Assembly: GCA_027451285.1 (NCBI GenBank)
Contig: DAIDJP010000019.1
Span: 9,041-73,040 of the forward strand
Direction of reading: 5' to 3'
Source: Acidimicrobiaceae bacterium
GTDB lineage: Bacteria > Actinomycetota > Acidimicrobiia > Acidimicrobiales > RAAP-2
DNA length: 64,000 nt
The notes beneath the pieces were generated by a model. The model ran no database searches and was not told the DNA's origin. It worked only from the letters and a program-made list of their open reading frames with translations. Below, in pieces: positions 8,454 to 18,231 of this stretch. The number at the start of each line of letters is the position of its first letter. Within the stretch, counting starts at the first letter, position 1. The position numbers and the translations under genes are program-made.

Positions 8454-8999
8454 ATGGCCCTGCTGTCGCTCGGACTGGGGGTGACGATCGCGCTCGTGCT
8501 GATCCTGACCGTGTCGTTCCTCACCAACGGCCGCTCCCCGGGCGCGTCGAGCACGACGACGCCGATCGCGACGACCGAGCTCGTCGGCAAGACGCTCAAG
8601 GGATTTTCCAGTCCGGGTCTCTTCGGTGGCACGGTGACGTCACCGTGGACCAGCGGGCATCCGACGGTCGTGATCTTCTTCGCCTCGTGGTGCGGCCCGT
8701 GTCAGGGCGAGATGCCCAAGGTCGCCGCCTACCTGCACGCCCACCACACGGGGGACGTGCGCGTGGTGGGCGTCGACGCGAACGATGAGCAGTCCGCGGC
8801 GAAGGCCTTCGTCACCAAGGACAAGGTGGGCTTTCCCGTCGCCTTTGACGCCAACGGGACGGTCACCAACGGGCTCTTCCAGTTCCTCACCCTGCCCGAA
8901 ACGGTGTTCCTCACCGCCCGGGGCAAGGTGACCAACGTCTACTTCGGGGCGATCCCGACCGACAAGCTCGCCCAGGGCATCGCGGCGCTCTCGGCGTAG
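8454..8999 (+). CDS. TlpA/ResA-like membrane-anchored thiol-disulfide oxidoreductase
   Basis: N-terminal TM helix; FFASWCGPCQGEMP; LPETVF. Confidence 0.85.
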   Translation: MALLSLGLGVTIALVLILTVSFLTNGRSPGASSTTTPIATTELVGKTLKGFSSPGLFGGTVTSPWTSGHPTVVIFFASWCGPCQGEMPKVAAYLHAHHTGDVRVVGVDANDEQSAAKAFVTKDKVGFPVAFDANGTVTNGLFQFLTLPETVFLTARGKVTNVYFGAIPTDKLAQGIAALSA

Positions 9000-9068
9000 C
9001 GCTGATACCTCGAGCGTGGCGTCGGCGCCGTGCCCGTGGTGCATCGTTAATGTCTGAGCGGGGGTCGC

Positions 9069-10478
9069 ATGCGTACGTTGAGGTTGAAGAGCGTCGTCGG
9101 CGTGGCGGTAGCCCTGGCGGTGCTGACGACCCCGGTCGCGGCGATGGCGGGACCCGTCCTCAGGGTTGGTTCGACGACGCAGATCAGCTCGTGTGCGGGA
9201 CCCAACGCCGAGCCCGTCTCGGCGGTGGACGGTCGCTACGTCTACGTCGCCTGGATCGGCTGCGCGTCGGCCACGACCAACATCGCGGTGGCCACGTCCT
9301 CCGATGGCGGCGCCACGTTCGGCGCGCCCGTTCTCATCTCGCCCTCTCCCTCGAGCTGGGATCCGACTCTGGCGGTGGGGCCCGACCACCACGTCTATCT
9401 CGTCTACATGGTGGGCCACGTGTCCTGCGTCTTCACCACGTGTTCGAGTGTGGCGGTGACCTCACCGTACGTGGCGGTCTCCACCGACCACGGCGCGAGC
9501 TTCTCGGCGGGCCAACCCCTCTATCAGCCGGTGGCGCCGACGACGTCGAACTTCGCGGACCGGCCCTTCGTCGCGATCGCGCCGGACGGGACGATCGCCG
9601 TGAGCTACGACTTCGGTCCGGGCACCGCTCCCTATAGCCTCCTGTGCGCGAAGGGTCAGAGTTGCTCGTTCGCCGCGGGCCAGTACAACGCCGTGGTCCA
9701 GGTCTCGCGTGACGGCGGGGCGACGTGGAGCAACCAGATCCCCATCGACCCGCGATACCCGGTCGGTGGCGAGTGGTCGGCGGCCCTCGTCGCCGAACCC
9801 AACGACACGTTCGATGCACTGATGTGGGACCATCTCACCGAACCCACGACCTACGCGATGTCCTCGGGTCCGATCACCTTCAGCCACTCCGGTGTGGACG
9901 GTCTGACCTGGACGACCCCGAGCCTCGTCAACGCCGCGCCCATCCCCCTGACCACGTGGTGGGTCGACGGGTCGATCGGCATCGACGCGGGCGGCACGCT
10001 CTACGCCGCCTGGGACGCGCAGGGAGTCGGCGGTGACACCCCCTACCTCGCCTACTCGACCAACGACGGCCAGTCCTGGTCGACGCCGATCGCGATGGCA
10101 CCTGGTTCGAACGCCAGTCACCTCGTCGAGGTCGTGGGCGGTGCGCCGGGGACCGCGTATCTGGCCATGCAGACGGGCGACGCGATGGGTTATCGCACGA
10201 AGGTGGCGGGATTTTCCGTCTCCACGCTTCGCCTCTCGCCGTGGAAGACGGTGTCGCCGACTCTCTACGACCCTTCCGTGTGGCCCGGCGACACGCTCGG
10301 TCTCACGTATCGTGGCGCGACGGGCACGTCAGCCCACCTCTTCGTCTACTGGGGTGGCGCGCTGATGGATTCGGGCTCGAGCGAGATCTGGGGTTCGTCG
10401 GTCAACGTGGTCCTTCGGAAGTCGCGTTTGCCCCGGGAACTTAACCAGTATGTGTGCCACATTCATATCCCACGTTGA
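9069..10478 (+). CDS. Secreted BNR/Asp-box (sialidase-like beta-propeller) protein
   Basis: Signal peptide; Asp boxes SSDGGATF, STDHGASF, SRDGGATW, STNDGQSW. Confidence 0.75.
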   Translation: MRTLRLKSVVGVAVALAVLTTPVAAMAGPVLRVGSTTQISSCAGPNAEPVSAVDGRYVYVAWIGCASATTNIAVATSSDGGATFGAPVLISPSPSSWDPTLAVGPDHHVYLVYMVGHVSCVFTTCSSVAVTSPYVAVSTDHGASFSAGQPLYQPVAPTTSNFADRPFVAIAPDGTIAVSYDFGPGTAPYSLLCAKGQSCSFAAGQYNAVVQVSRDGGATWSNQIPIDPRYPVGGEWSAALVAEPNDTFDALMWDHLTEPTTYAMSSGPITFSHSGVDGLTWTTPSLVNAAPIPLTTWWVDGSIGIDAGGTLYAAWDAQGVGGDTPYLAYSTNDGQSWSTPIAMAPGSNASHLVEVVGGAPGTAYLAMQTGDAMGYRTKVAGFSVSTLRLSPWKTVSPTLYDPSVWPGDTLGLTYRGATGTSAHLFVYWGGALMDSGSSEIWGSSVNVVLRKSRLPRELNQYVCHIHIPR

Positions 10479-10489
10479 GCGTGTGAGGT

Positions 10490-11734
10490 CTAGCGGGCCA
10501 ACACCCGTTCGACCGCACTCGCGAGGGCGCGCTGGCCCGCAACATTGGGGTGAAACGAGTAGCGCGGATGTCGCAGGTCAAGCGAGTTGAACCACGGCCG
10601 GGGGCTACAGAGCGAATGGCCGCCACCGCTGGCGAAGGACCCGGCACCCGCGTTGGGGTTGGCGAGGGTGAAGCCGCTGGCGCGCGCGGCCGTCGCGATG
10701 ACGTTGTTCAGCGCGGTTTCGGCGCGCGAGAGATAGAGCAGTGCCCCGCCGCGCAGTCCGGCGCAGCCACGCGCGAGGATCGCGCGCGTGAGAGCTTGCG
10801 GCACCGGCACGAGGCGCGGGTAGGTGACGACGACGATGCGCGCGAGGGGCGCGAGAGTGCGTATCTGGCGATAGGTCGCCGAGAGCGCGCTGGCGAGGTT
10901 CGTGATGTTGGCGCGCAGGTCGCGCACGGCGGGCACTGGCGAGTCGGCCGAGCACCAGTCGGGGATCGTGACGCAGGTGAACAGGACAGGCACGAAGTGC
11001 AGGTCGTTGCCGCCGACCGTCACGGTGACTACCTGGGCCGAGGCGAGTTCGCCCGAATCGTCGAGCTGGGGGCCCTCGTCGTGGTTGCCGCCGGCGCCCG
11101 CGAGCCCCTCACTCGCCGCCGGCGATTCCGGAGAGAGGTCGCTCGTCGTCGCCCCCGAGCACGCGAGGAACGACAACGGGGCGCGGGTGCCGCGCGCGGC
11201 GAGCCAGCGCGCGACCAGGACGGGATAGGCGATCGCCGACCGGTCGCAGCCGTCGGTGGCGTTCACGTTGTCGACCGCGGCGCCGGTGCGGTCCACCCAG
11301 CCGCTACCTGGATTGCCCTCGCCCGACGCGTAAGAGTCGCCTAGAGCCACGTAGGCACCGGCTCGCACACCAGCGAGGGAGACGGTGGCGCTGACGTGCG
11401 TCACCGACGTGCCGTCGGTGACCGTCACGTCCAGGGGCGCCGACGTGGGGCCTGCGCTCGTGTTCGGCGCGAAGCGCATCACCGGCTGGGCCGAGCAGGG
11501 CCAGACCCTCGTCGACCCACGTACGCGCAACGTGCACGCGGCGCTCGGAGCAGTGACGAAGTGGGCGGTGATCGCCACCAACCCTCCCGAGGCCGTCAGC
11601 GACGTGGGCACCAGGGAGAGTGTCACTGGCTCGCTCGCGCGCGCCGCGACAGGTGCGGCGAGGGCCACGAACAGGACGATCAGCGAGAGCAGCGATGATC
11701 GGCGTCGCCGGCGGAACCGCTCAGGGGGTTCCAT
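10490..11734 (-). CDS. Secreted SGNH/GDSL hydrolase with N-terminal beta-rich domain
   Basis: YVALGDSYASGEG, ACSGA, VGGND, FHPN; Arg-rich signal peptide. Confidence 0.9.
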   Translation of the reverse strand: MEPPERFRRRRRSSLLSLIVLFVALAAPVAARASEPVTLSLVPTSLTASGGLVAITAHFVTAPSAACTLRVRGSTRVWPCSAQPVMRFAPNTSAGPTSAPLDVTVTDGTSVTHVSATVSLAGVRAGAYVALGDSYASGEGNPGSGWVDRTGAAVDNVNATDGCDRSAIAYPVLVARWLAARGTRAPLSFLACSGATTSDLSPESPAASEGLAGAGGNHDEGPQLDDSGELASAQVVTVTVGGNDLHFVPVLFTCVTIPDWCSADSPVPAVRDLRANITNLASALSATYRQIRTLAPLARIVVVTYPRLVPVPQALTRAILARGCAGLRGGALLYLSRAETALNNVIATAARASGFTLANPNAGAGSFASGGGHSLCSPRPWFNSLDLRHPRYSFHPNVAGQRALASAVERVLAR

Positions 11735-11753
11735 GAATCCGAACGTATCAGCC

Positions 11754-12485
11754 TCAGTCGAAGCGGAACGTGCGGGCCGCGAGAACCGGCGCGGCCAGGG
11801 CCCACAGGGCGAGACTCAGCCAGTCCACGAGGCGTGGCGTGGTGCCCGAGCCGAGCACGCGGTGCAGCCCGTCGGCGAGTGCCCCCGAGGGGATCCACGT
11901 CATGACGGAACGGATCACGTTGGGCAGCGAGGTGGACGGCACGACGATGCCCGAGAGCAACAAGAGCACGAGGTAGAGGCCGTTGCTCGCGGCGAGGTTC
12001 ACCTCCGCGCGCAGTCGCCCCGCGAACGCGAGGCCGATGCCGGCGAGTCCCGCCGTGGCGAGGAGGATAAGGCCGATGATCGCGAGTGCGCCGCCGAGTC
12101 CGCCGCGCGGGTGCCAACCGAGGGCGAGCGCGACCACCGTCAAGATGACGATCTGGATCGCCTCGGTCACGAGGACGCCGGCGACCTTCGCCCCGATGAG
12201 TCGCCGACGGCCGAGCGGCGTGACGTGGAGGCGCCGCAGCACCCCGAAGGACCGCTCGAAGCCAGTCGCGATGGAGAGAGCCACCAGCGAGGTGGACAGC
12301 ACGCTCAGGGCGAGCACGCCCGGGGCGATGAAGTCGACCCGGTGGGGGGTCGGCGACGACGTGACGTGAGTCGTGGAGAAGAAGACGAGGATGAGGACCG
12401 GGATGCCGACCGTGAGCAGTAGGGTCTCGCCGCGGCGCACGGTCATGCGCACTTCGGCGAGCGTCTGGGCGAGCAGCGCTCTCAT
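11754..12485 (-). CDS. ABC-2 type transporter permease
   Basis: Six TM helices; ATGFERSFGVLRRL--TPL. Confidence 0.9.
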   Translation of the reverse strand: MRALLAQTLAEVRMTVRRGETLLLTVGIPVLILVFFSTTHVTSSPTPHRVDFIAPGVLALSVLSTSLVALSIATGFERSFGVLRRLHVTPLGRRRLIGAKVAGVLVTEAIQIVILTVVALALGWHPRGGLGGALAIIGLILLATAGLAGIGLAFAGRLRAEVNLAASNGLYLVLLLLSGIVVPSTSLPNVIRSVMTWIPSGALADGLHRVLGSGTTPRLVDWLSLALWALAAPVLAARTFRFD

Positions 12486-13390
12486 GACTGGGCCGCCCGC
12501 TCGGCGGCGATCAGCTCGAGGTAGCGCTCCTCAAGCGAGGCTCGCGTGCGCAGCGAGACAACGGCGGCGCCGTGCGCGGTGAGAAACGAGGTCAGCACGC
12601 TCATCGACTCGGGAGTCGAGGGCGTCGCGCAGCGATAGGTGCGCGCGCCGCTCTCCTCGACCGCGCAACCCAGCGCGTTAGCGAGCTCGGCTGGCGCGAT
12701 GGCGGCGCTCGTCTCGACGATCATCTCGGGGGCGCCGGCGAGCTCGTCGAGGGTGCCCTCGGCGACCACGGCGCCGCGATTCATGATCATCAGCCGGTCA
12801 CTCACGCGCTCGGCCTCGTCGAGCTCGTGGGTCGTCAGCAGCAGCGCGCAGCCGCGCTCGGCCTCGGCACGAATCAGCTGGCGGATGACCTGGCGCCCCT
12901 CGGGGTCCACCGCGGTGGTGGGCTCGTCGAGGACCAGGACGCGGGGCCGGCCGATCAGGGCGAGGGCGAGGAGCGTGCGCTGCTGCTCTCCCCCCGAGAG
13001 GCGCCGCCACGGTGTCGCCCGGCAGCGCTCGAGTTCGAGCAGTTCGAGCAGTTCACCCGGCTCGCGCGGCGCGTCGTAGTAGGTGGCGGTGAGCGCGAGC
13101 ACCTGGGCGGGCGTCATCGGGAACCACACGCCTCCGCGCTGCAGGAGAGCCCCCGTGCGCGCGACCACGTCGTGGTGGTCTCTCACGGGGTCGAGCCCGT
13201 GCAGTCGCACCGTGCCCGAGGTCGGCGGGCGAAAGCCCAGGAGTGTCTCGACCGCGGTCGTCTTGCCCGCGCCGTTGGGCCCGAGCAGGGTGACCACCTC
13301 GCCGTAGGCCACCTGAAGGCTCACGTCGGCCACGGCCACCAGCGAGCCGAAGGTGACGCGCAGGCGGCTCATCTCGATGGCGTAACTCAC
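12482..13390 (-). CDS. ABC transporter ATP-binding protein
   Basis: GPNGAGKTT, LSGGEQQR, LDEPT; C-terminal part of ORF 12482..13855. Confidence 0.95.
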   Translation of the reverse strand: MSYAIEMSRLRVTFGSLVAVADVSLQVAYGEVVTLLGPNGAGKTTAVETLLGFRPPTSGTVRLHGLDPVRDHHDVVARTGALLQRGGVWFPMTPAQVLALTATYYDAPREPGELLELLELERCRATPWRRLSGGEQQRTLLALALIGRPRVLVLDEPTTAVDPEGRQVIRQLIRAEAERGCALLLTTHELDEAERVSDRLMIMNRGAVVAEGTLDELAGAPEMIVETSAAIAPAELANALGCAVEESGARTYRCATPSTPESMSVLTSFLTAHGAAVVSLRTRASLEERYLELIAAERAAQS

Positions 13391-13457
13391 GACTAGCGAA
13401 CTTACCCGGTCGTCGCTCGTCTCGAGCCCGGGCGCGGAGCCTTTGTAGGCTTGCTCC

Positions 13458-14762
13458 ATGATCGATCTCGTCCAACTGCGCCGTGAGCCGACCGTCGTCA
13501 AGGCCGCCCTGTCGCGCCGCGGCGTGCCCGCAGAGACGCTGGACGAGATTGTGGCCCTCGACGTCGAGCACCGCCAACTCCTCCAGGAGGCCGAGTCCCT
13601 ACGCGCCGAGGTGAAGACCCTCTCGCGCGCGGTCGGAGACGCGAAGCGCGCCGGCGACGCCGTGCGCGCCGACGAGGTCGCCGCGCGCAGCCGTGCGCTC
13701 GGGGACGCCGAGCGCGACGCGACCGCGCGCACCGAGACGGTCGCGGCACGCCTGCGCGAGCTGCTGCTGTCCCTGCCCAACCTGCCCGCGCTGGAGGCGC
13801 CCGACGGACTCGATGAGACGGGCAACGTCGAACTGCGCCAGTGGTGGGTGGGCATGGACGAGGGAGCGCCCTTCCCGGACTACGCCGACTACCAACGCGT
13901 GCCCCACTGGGAGGTGGGTGCCGCGCTGGGCATCCTCGACCTCGAAGCCGGCGCCAAGCTCGCCGGCTCGATGTTCCCGCTCTTTCGCGGTGATGGATCG
14001 CGCGTGATCCGCGCGTTGAGCGCCTTCGCTCTGGATCGGCACCGTGACGCCTACGAGGAGATCCGCCCGCCGACCTTCGCCCTGACCGAGACGATGATGT
14101 CGACCGGGCACCTGCCCAAGTCGATGGACGACATGTACGCGATCGAGCGCGACGGCCTCTGGGCGATCCCCACCGCCGAGGTGCCCCTCACGTCGATGCG
14201 TCGCGGCGAGATCCTCGACGCCTCCGAGCTGCCGATTCGCATGACTGCGCTGACCGCGTGCTTTCGCCGCGAGGCCGGCGCCGCGGGACGCGACACGCGC
14301 GGAGTGCTGCGGGTGCACGAGTTCGACAAGGTCGAGCTGTTCAACTACCTGCTGCCCGAGCAGGCCCACGAGGCCTTCGCCGACGTGCTCGCGCGCGCCG
14401 AGGGGCTGCTGCGCGCGCTCGGACTGACCTATCGCGTGCTCGACCTGTGCGCGGGCGACCTGGGCACGTCCTCGGCGCGCACGTTCGACCTCGAGGTCTA
14501 CGCCCCGGGCGTCGAGCGATGGCTCGAGGTCTCCTCGGTGAGCTGGTTCCGCGACTTCCAGGCACGGCGCGCCAACGTGCGCTATCGCACCGAGGACGGC
14601 GAGACCGCCTTCGTGCACACGGTGAACGGCTCGGCCCTGGCCTGGCCGCGCATTTGGGCGGCCCTGATCGAGACCGGTCGGCGCGCCGACGGCTCGGTCG
14701 AACTGCCCGAGGTCTTGGCGCCCTATCTCGGCGGCCAGCGCGTGATTACGGCGCGCGCGTAG
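13458..14762 (+). CDS. serS: Serine--tRNA ligase
   Basis: N-terminal coiled coil; IPTAEVP, CFRREAG, HEFDKVEL, EVSS, HTVNGSALA; leaderless TAGGCT. Confidence 0.97.
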   Translation: MIDLVQLRREPTVVKAALSRRGVPAETLDEIVALDVEHRQLLQEAESLRAEVKTLSRAVGDAKRAGDAVRADEVAARSRALGDAERDATARTETVAARLRELLLSLPNLPALEAPDGLDETGNVELRQWWVGMDEGAPFPDYADYQRVPHWEVGAALGILDLEAGAKLAGSMFPLFRGDGSRVIRALSAFALDRHRDAYEEIRPPTFALTETMMSTGHLPKSMDDMYAIERDGLWAIPTAEVPLTSMRRGEILDASELPIRMTALTACFRREAGAAGRDTRGVLRVHEFDKVELFNYLLPEQAHEAFADVLARAEGLLRALGLTYRVLDLCAGDLGTSSARTFDLEVYAPGVERWLEVSSVSWFRDFQARRANVRYRTEDGETAFVHTVNGSALAWPRIWAALIETGRRADGSVELPEVLAPYLGGQRVITARA

Positions 14763-15477
14763 CGGACTCGAAGCGATACCCCACGCCGCGCACCGTGGTG
14801 ATGTGTTCCGGATTCTTGGGGTCGTCCTCGACGAGGCTGCGCAGTCGCTTGATGTGCACGTCCAGAGTCTTGGTGTCGCCGACGTAGTCGTTGCCCCAGA
14901 CCCGGTCGATCAGGACCTCGCGGGTGAGGACCCGCCCGGGGTTCTCCAGCAGCAGGCGCAGCAGCGCGAACTCCTTCTTGCGCAGCTTGATCTCCTCGCC
15001 GTTGACGAAGCAGCGCCGCGCCTCGACGTCCATGCGGATCTGTCCCTGCTCGATCCGCTCGTCGTCGACGTCGACGTCGGCGTCCTCGTGCGCTTCGCGA
15101 CGACGCACCACCGCGCGGATGCGAGCGACGAGCTCGCGCAACCGGTAAGGCTTGGTCACGTAGTCGTCGGCGCCGAGTTCGAGCATCAGGACCATGTCGA
15201 CCTCCTCGCCCTTGGCCGAGACGATGATGATCGGCACGTCGCTCAGCGTCCGGATCGCACGGCACACGTCCAGACCCGAGACCTTGGGCAGCATCAGGTC
15301 GAGCAGCACGACGTCGAAGCGCTTGGGCGCGAACTCGGCGAGCGCCTCGGCGCCGTCGCGCGCGATCGTCACGTCGAAGCCCTCGCGGGCGAGGCCCACC
15401 GTCAGGGCGTCGACGAAGGACTCCTCGTCCTCGACGACGAGGACTCGCGTGCGCGCCTCGTCGGACTTCTTGCTCAT
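14746..15477 (-). CDS. regX3: OmpR-family response regulator, RegX3-like
   Basis: LLDLMLP, GADDYVTKP, WGNDYVGDTKTLDVHIKRLR; coupled to the upstream kinase. Confidence 0.8.
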   Translation of the reverse strand: MSKKSDEARTRVLVVEDEESFVDALTVGLAREGFDVTIARDGAEALAEFAPKRFDVVLLDLMLPKVSGLDVCRAIRTLSDVPIIIVSAKGEEVDMVLMLELGADDYVTKPYRLRELVARIRAVVRRREAHEDADVDVDDERIEQGQIRMDVEARRCFVNGEEIKLRKKEFALLRLLLENPGRVLTREVLIDRVWGNDYVGDTKTLDVHIKRLRSLVEDDPKNPEHITTVRGVGYRFESATRAP

Positions 15478-16769
15478 TGCGGGTTCATCGGCAGCTCGAG
15501 CGCGAAGGTCGAGCCCTCACCCTCACGCGACTCGACGACGACGTTGCCGCCGTGGTTGTGGGCGACGTGGCGCACGATGGACAGGCCCAGTCCCGTGCCG
15601 CCGGTCTCGCGGGCGCGGCCCGGATCGACGCGATAGAAGCGCTCGAAGATCCGCTCCAGGTCCTTCGCCGGAATGCCCACGCCCTGGTCGGAGATGGCCA
15701 CGCGCGCCAGCGGTCCGGGCGTGTCCACGTCGAGCGCGTCGGGGTCGACGCGCTCGATCGACACGGTGACGGTCCCGCCGGGAGGCGAGTAGACGACAGC
15801 GTTCTCGAGCAGCGCGTGCACGGCCGAGACCAGTTGGCGACGGTCGCCGACGACGACCAGGTTGCTCTCGGGCTCCTTGAACAGGATGGTCACCTGGTGC
15901 TGCTCGGCCGACATCTTGATCCGCTCGAGCGCCTCGGCCACGAAGAGCGCGACGGGCACCAACTCGCGCGCCGGCGAGCCCTCGCTCTCGATGCGCGAGA
16001 GGTCGAGCAGGTCCTCGATGATGCGATTCACGCGGAAGGCCTCGGTGTTGATCCGCTCGGCGAGCCGGTTGGCCACGGCCGAGTCGCGCTCGTACTGCAG
16101 CGTCTCGGCCAGCAGTCCCAGCGCGCCCATGGGGGTCTTGAGCTCGTGCGAGACGTTGGCGATGAAGTCGCGGCGGATCTCCTCGAGGCGGCGGCGCTCG
16201 GACACGTCCTCGATGACGGCGAGCACACCGAGGGGCCGGCGCCCGTCGTCGATGACGTTCGCGCGAATGGTGAGCGTGCGCCTGGGCGGCCCGTAGATGT
16301 CGATCGTGCGCTCGGCCGTTCCCTGGTTCCAGCCCTCGGCGAGGATGTCGGTGACCGCCTGGGCGGCGATGGCGTCGCCGTAGCGGCTCGCCATCAGCGC
16401 TTCGGCCTGGGAGTTGCGAAACAGGACCTCGCCGGACTCGTCGACCAGGACGAGTCCCAGGGGCAGCGCGTCCAGCGAGCGTCGGAGGCGCACCGACTCG
16501 GCGCTGGACTCGCCCACCGCGCTGGTCGCCGCGCTCGTGACCTCTTCCAGGTAGGCCAGCGCCGATTCGACCCGCCCGTCGTCGCGGCTGGGTTCCACGC
16601 CGAGGCGGGTGCCGAGCGCGGTGAGGCGCTGGGCGATGGCGCGGTGGTCGCGCCGGCGGATGTAGAGGATGCCGATCAGGACGCCCAGGATGGCGACGCC
16701 CGCGGTGGCGAGGTAGAGCGCGAGGGGGGACCACTGGGAGACCACGTTGTGGACGGCGTCGAGGAGCAC
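15474..16769 (-). CDS. senX3: Sensor histidine kinase, SenX3-like
   Basis: RRDFIANVSHELKTP, N-box LLENA, ERFYRVD--R-R-TGGTGLGLSIV. Confidence 0.8.
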   Translation of the reverse strand: MLLDAVHNVVSQWSPLALYLATAGVAILGVLIGILYIRRRDHRAIAQRLTALGTRLGVEPSRDDGRVESALAYLEEVTSAATSAVGESSAESVRLRRSLDALPLGLVLVDESGEVLFRNSQAEALMASRYGDAIAAQAVTDILAEGWNQGTAERTIDIYGPPRRTLTIRANVIDDGRRPLGVLAVIEDVSERRRLEEIRRDFIANVSHELKTPMGALGLLAETLQYERDSAVANRLAERINTEAFRVNRIIEDLLDLSRIESEGSPARELVPVALFVAEALERIKMSAEQHQVTILFKEPESNLVVVGDRRQLVSAVHALLENAVVYSPPGGTVTVSIERVDPDALDVDTPGPLARVAISDQGVGIPAKDLERIFERFYRVDPGRARETGGTGLGLSIVRHVAHNHGGNVVVESREGEGSTFALELPMNPQ

Positions 16770-16843
16770 GGGAACAGTCTCGCAGACCCGTGCACTTCAG
16801 TGGGGGTAGCGACCGTTGCGAGTCCCCGATTGAAAGGTCGCCC

Positions 16844-17128
16844 ATGCCCTTTGCCTCCGTCAGCCTCAATCCCTCGGTCAACGCCCTGCCCGGCGGGGCG
16901 GCTCTGCAGTCGCTCGCCAACGGCATCGCTGGCTGGGCCCTCGTGGCCAGCCTGGTGGCTCTGGTGCTCGGAGCGGGTCTCTGGGCGCTCGGCAGCCACT
17001 CGCAGAATTACCACCAGTCGGCGGCGGGCCGGCGTGCGGTGATGACCTCGCTGCTGGCCGCGATCCTGATCGGCGCGGCGCCGTATCTGATCAACTTCTT
17101 CTTCAAGACCGGCCTCGCGGTGCACTGA
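16844..17128 (+). CDS. VirB2/TrbC-like pilin (DUF6112-type)
   Basis: GAAAGG SD; LPGG-ALQ-LANG-AGWALV ... GA-LWALGSHSQNY-Q---GR-AV--S-LAA-LIGAAP; two hydrophobic helices. Confidence 0.75.
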   Translation: MPFASVSLNPSVNALPGGAALQSLANGIAGWALVASLVALVLGAGLWALGSHSQNYHQSAAGRRAVMTSLLAAILIGAAPYLINFFFKTGLAVH

Positions 17129-18231
17129 TGGGACTGGGATGCCTGCTCGATCCGGCCACGTGCGCGACCGGTCTTGTCACCCACGCCACGCTGGGCGACC
17201 TGTTTAACGCTGTGACCAACTGGGTGGTGGGCAGCGTGCACTGGATCCTCACGTCGGCCGGCGGGGTGCTCGCGACCACGACCGATCCCGCGACCGTGAC
17301 GACCTCGGTCGCCCCGCTGTACGCGACGCTCACCACGCTGTCGCCGGTCCTGATGCTGATGGGACTCATGGTTGCGACGCTCTCGGCGCTGCGCCACGGT
17401 GACGCGGCCTCGCTATGGCGCGCCTACCTCGGGGTGGCGCCGGCGAGCGTCGCGGCCATCGCGCTGGCTCGCCCGATCGCCGGCGTGATCCTGCGCGGGG
17501 TGAACGACCTCTCGAGCACCGCGTCGGCGACGGTGCTCGTCCACGAGGGACTCCTCGCCGACGACCTGCGCAACCTGGTGGGCACGATTCCCGGCTTCGG
17601 CCTCTTTCTGCTCGCGGTCGCGGTGGTGGTGGGGTCGTGGTTCCTCTGGTGTGAGCTGGTGGTGCGTGTCGTCGTCCTGTCGCTGGTGCTCGTCCTCGTG
17701 CCCGTGGTGGCGGCGCTGGCCACGTTCCCCTCGCTGCGCCGCGTCGCCTGGCGCCTCGCCGAGACCTTCGTCGCCGTGGCGGCCAGCAAGTTCCTCATCG
17801 TCATCGCTCTCGTCCTGGGGCTCGACGAGTTGACAGGGACCTCGGCGACGCGCGTCGTGGCCGGGGCGGTCACCCTGGCCCTCGCGGCCCTCACCCCGTT
17901 CACGCTGTTGCGCGTGGTGCCGATCATCGAGCAGTCGGCCCTGCACCACCTCGAGGGGGTCCGCCAGCGCGCCACGCGCGGCACTCGTCAGGCGGCGCAG
18001 GGCGTCGCGCGAGCGGGATCGATGGTCGCGCCCGAGTCGGTGCCCGCGCCACCCGAGACGCCCGAGGACCTGGGATTCGACCTGTGGGAAGGCGACGGCG
18101 AGGTCACCTTGGCGCCGCCCTACGAGGGGCCGGTCGCGGCGCCCGTGGGCGAGCCCCAGCGCCGCGGGGGCCACGTCGCCTACACCTCGGACCACATGGG
18201 TCCCGTCGTCACGTGGCACTTCGATGAGTGA
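17128..18231 (+). CDS. VirB6/TrbL-like polytopic membrane protein
   Basis: TGATG coupling; 6-7 TM helices; WCELVVR, P--A---FP; position in the operon. Confidence 0.65.
   Translation: MGLGCLLDPATCATGLVTHATLGDLFNAVTNWVVGSVHWILTSAGGVLATTTDPATVTTSVAPLYATLTTLSPVLMLMGLMVATLSALRHGDAASLWRAYLGVAPASVAAIALARPIAGVILRGVNDLSSTASATVLVHEGLLADDLRNLVGTIPGFGLFLLAVAVVVGSWFLWCELVVRVVVLSLVLVLVPVVAALATFPSLRRVAWRLAETFVAVAASKFLIVIALVLGLDELTGTSATRVVAGAVTLALAALTPFTLLRVVPIIEQSALHHLEGVRQRATRGTRQAAQGVARAGSMVAPESVPAPPETPEDLGFDLWEGDGEVTLAPPYEGPVAAPVGEPQRRGGHVAYTSDHMGPVVTWHFDE

Noticed and set aside
10420-10490. AT-richer, odd-looking C-terminus of the BNR protein (possible lost stop or insertion scar)
   Set aside because: Too short to judge without orthologues, and no repeat or target-site duplication is visible.
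15477-17042. 521-aa plus-strand ORF
   Set aside because: Antisense shadow of the SenX3-like kinase.
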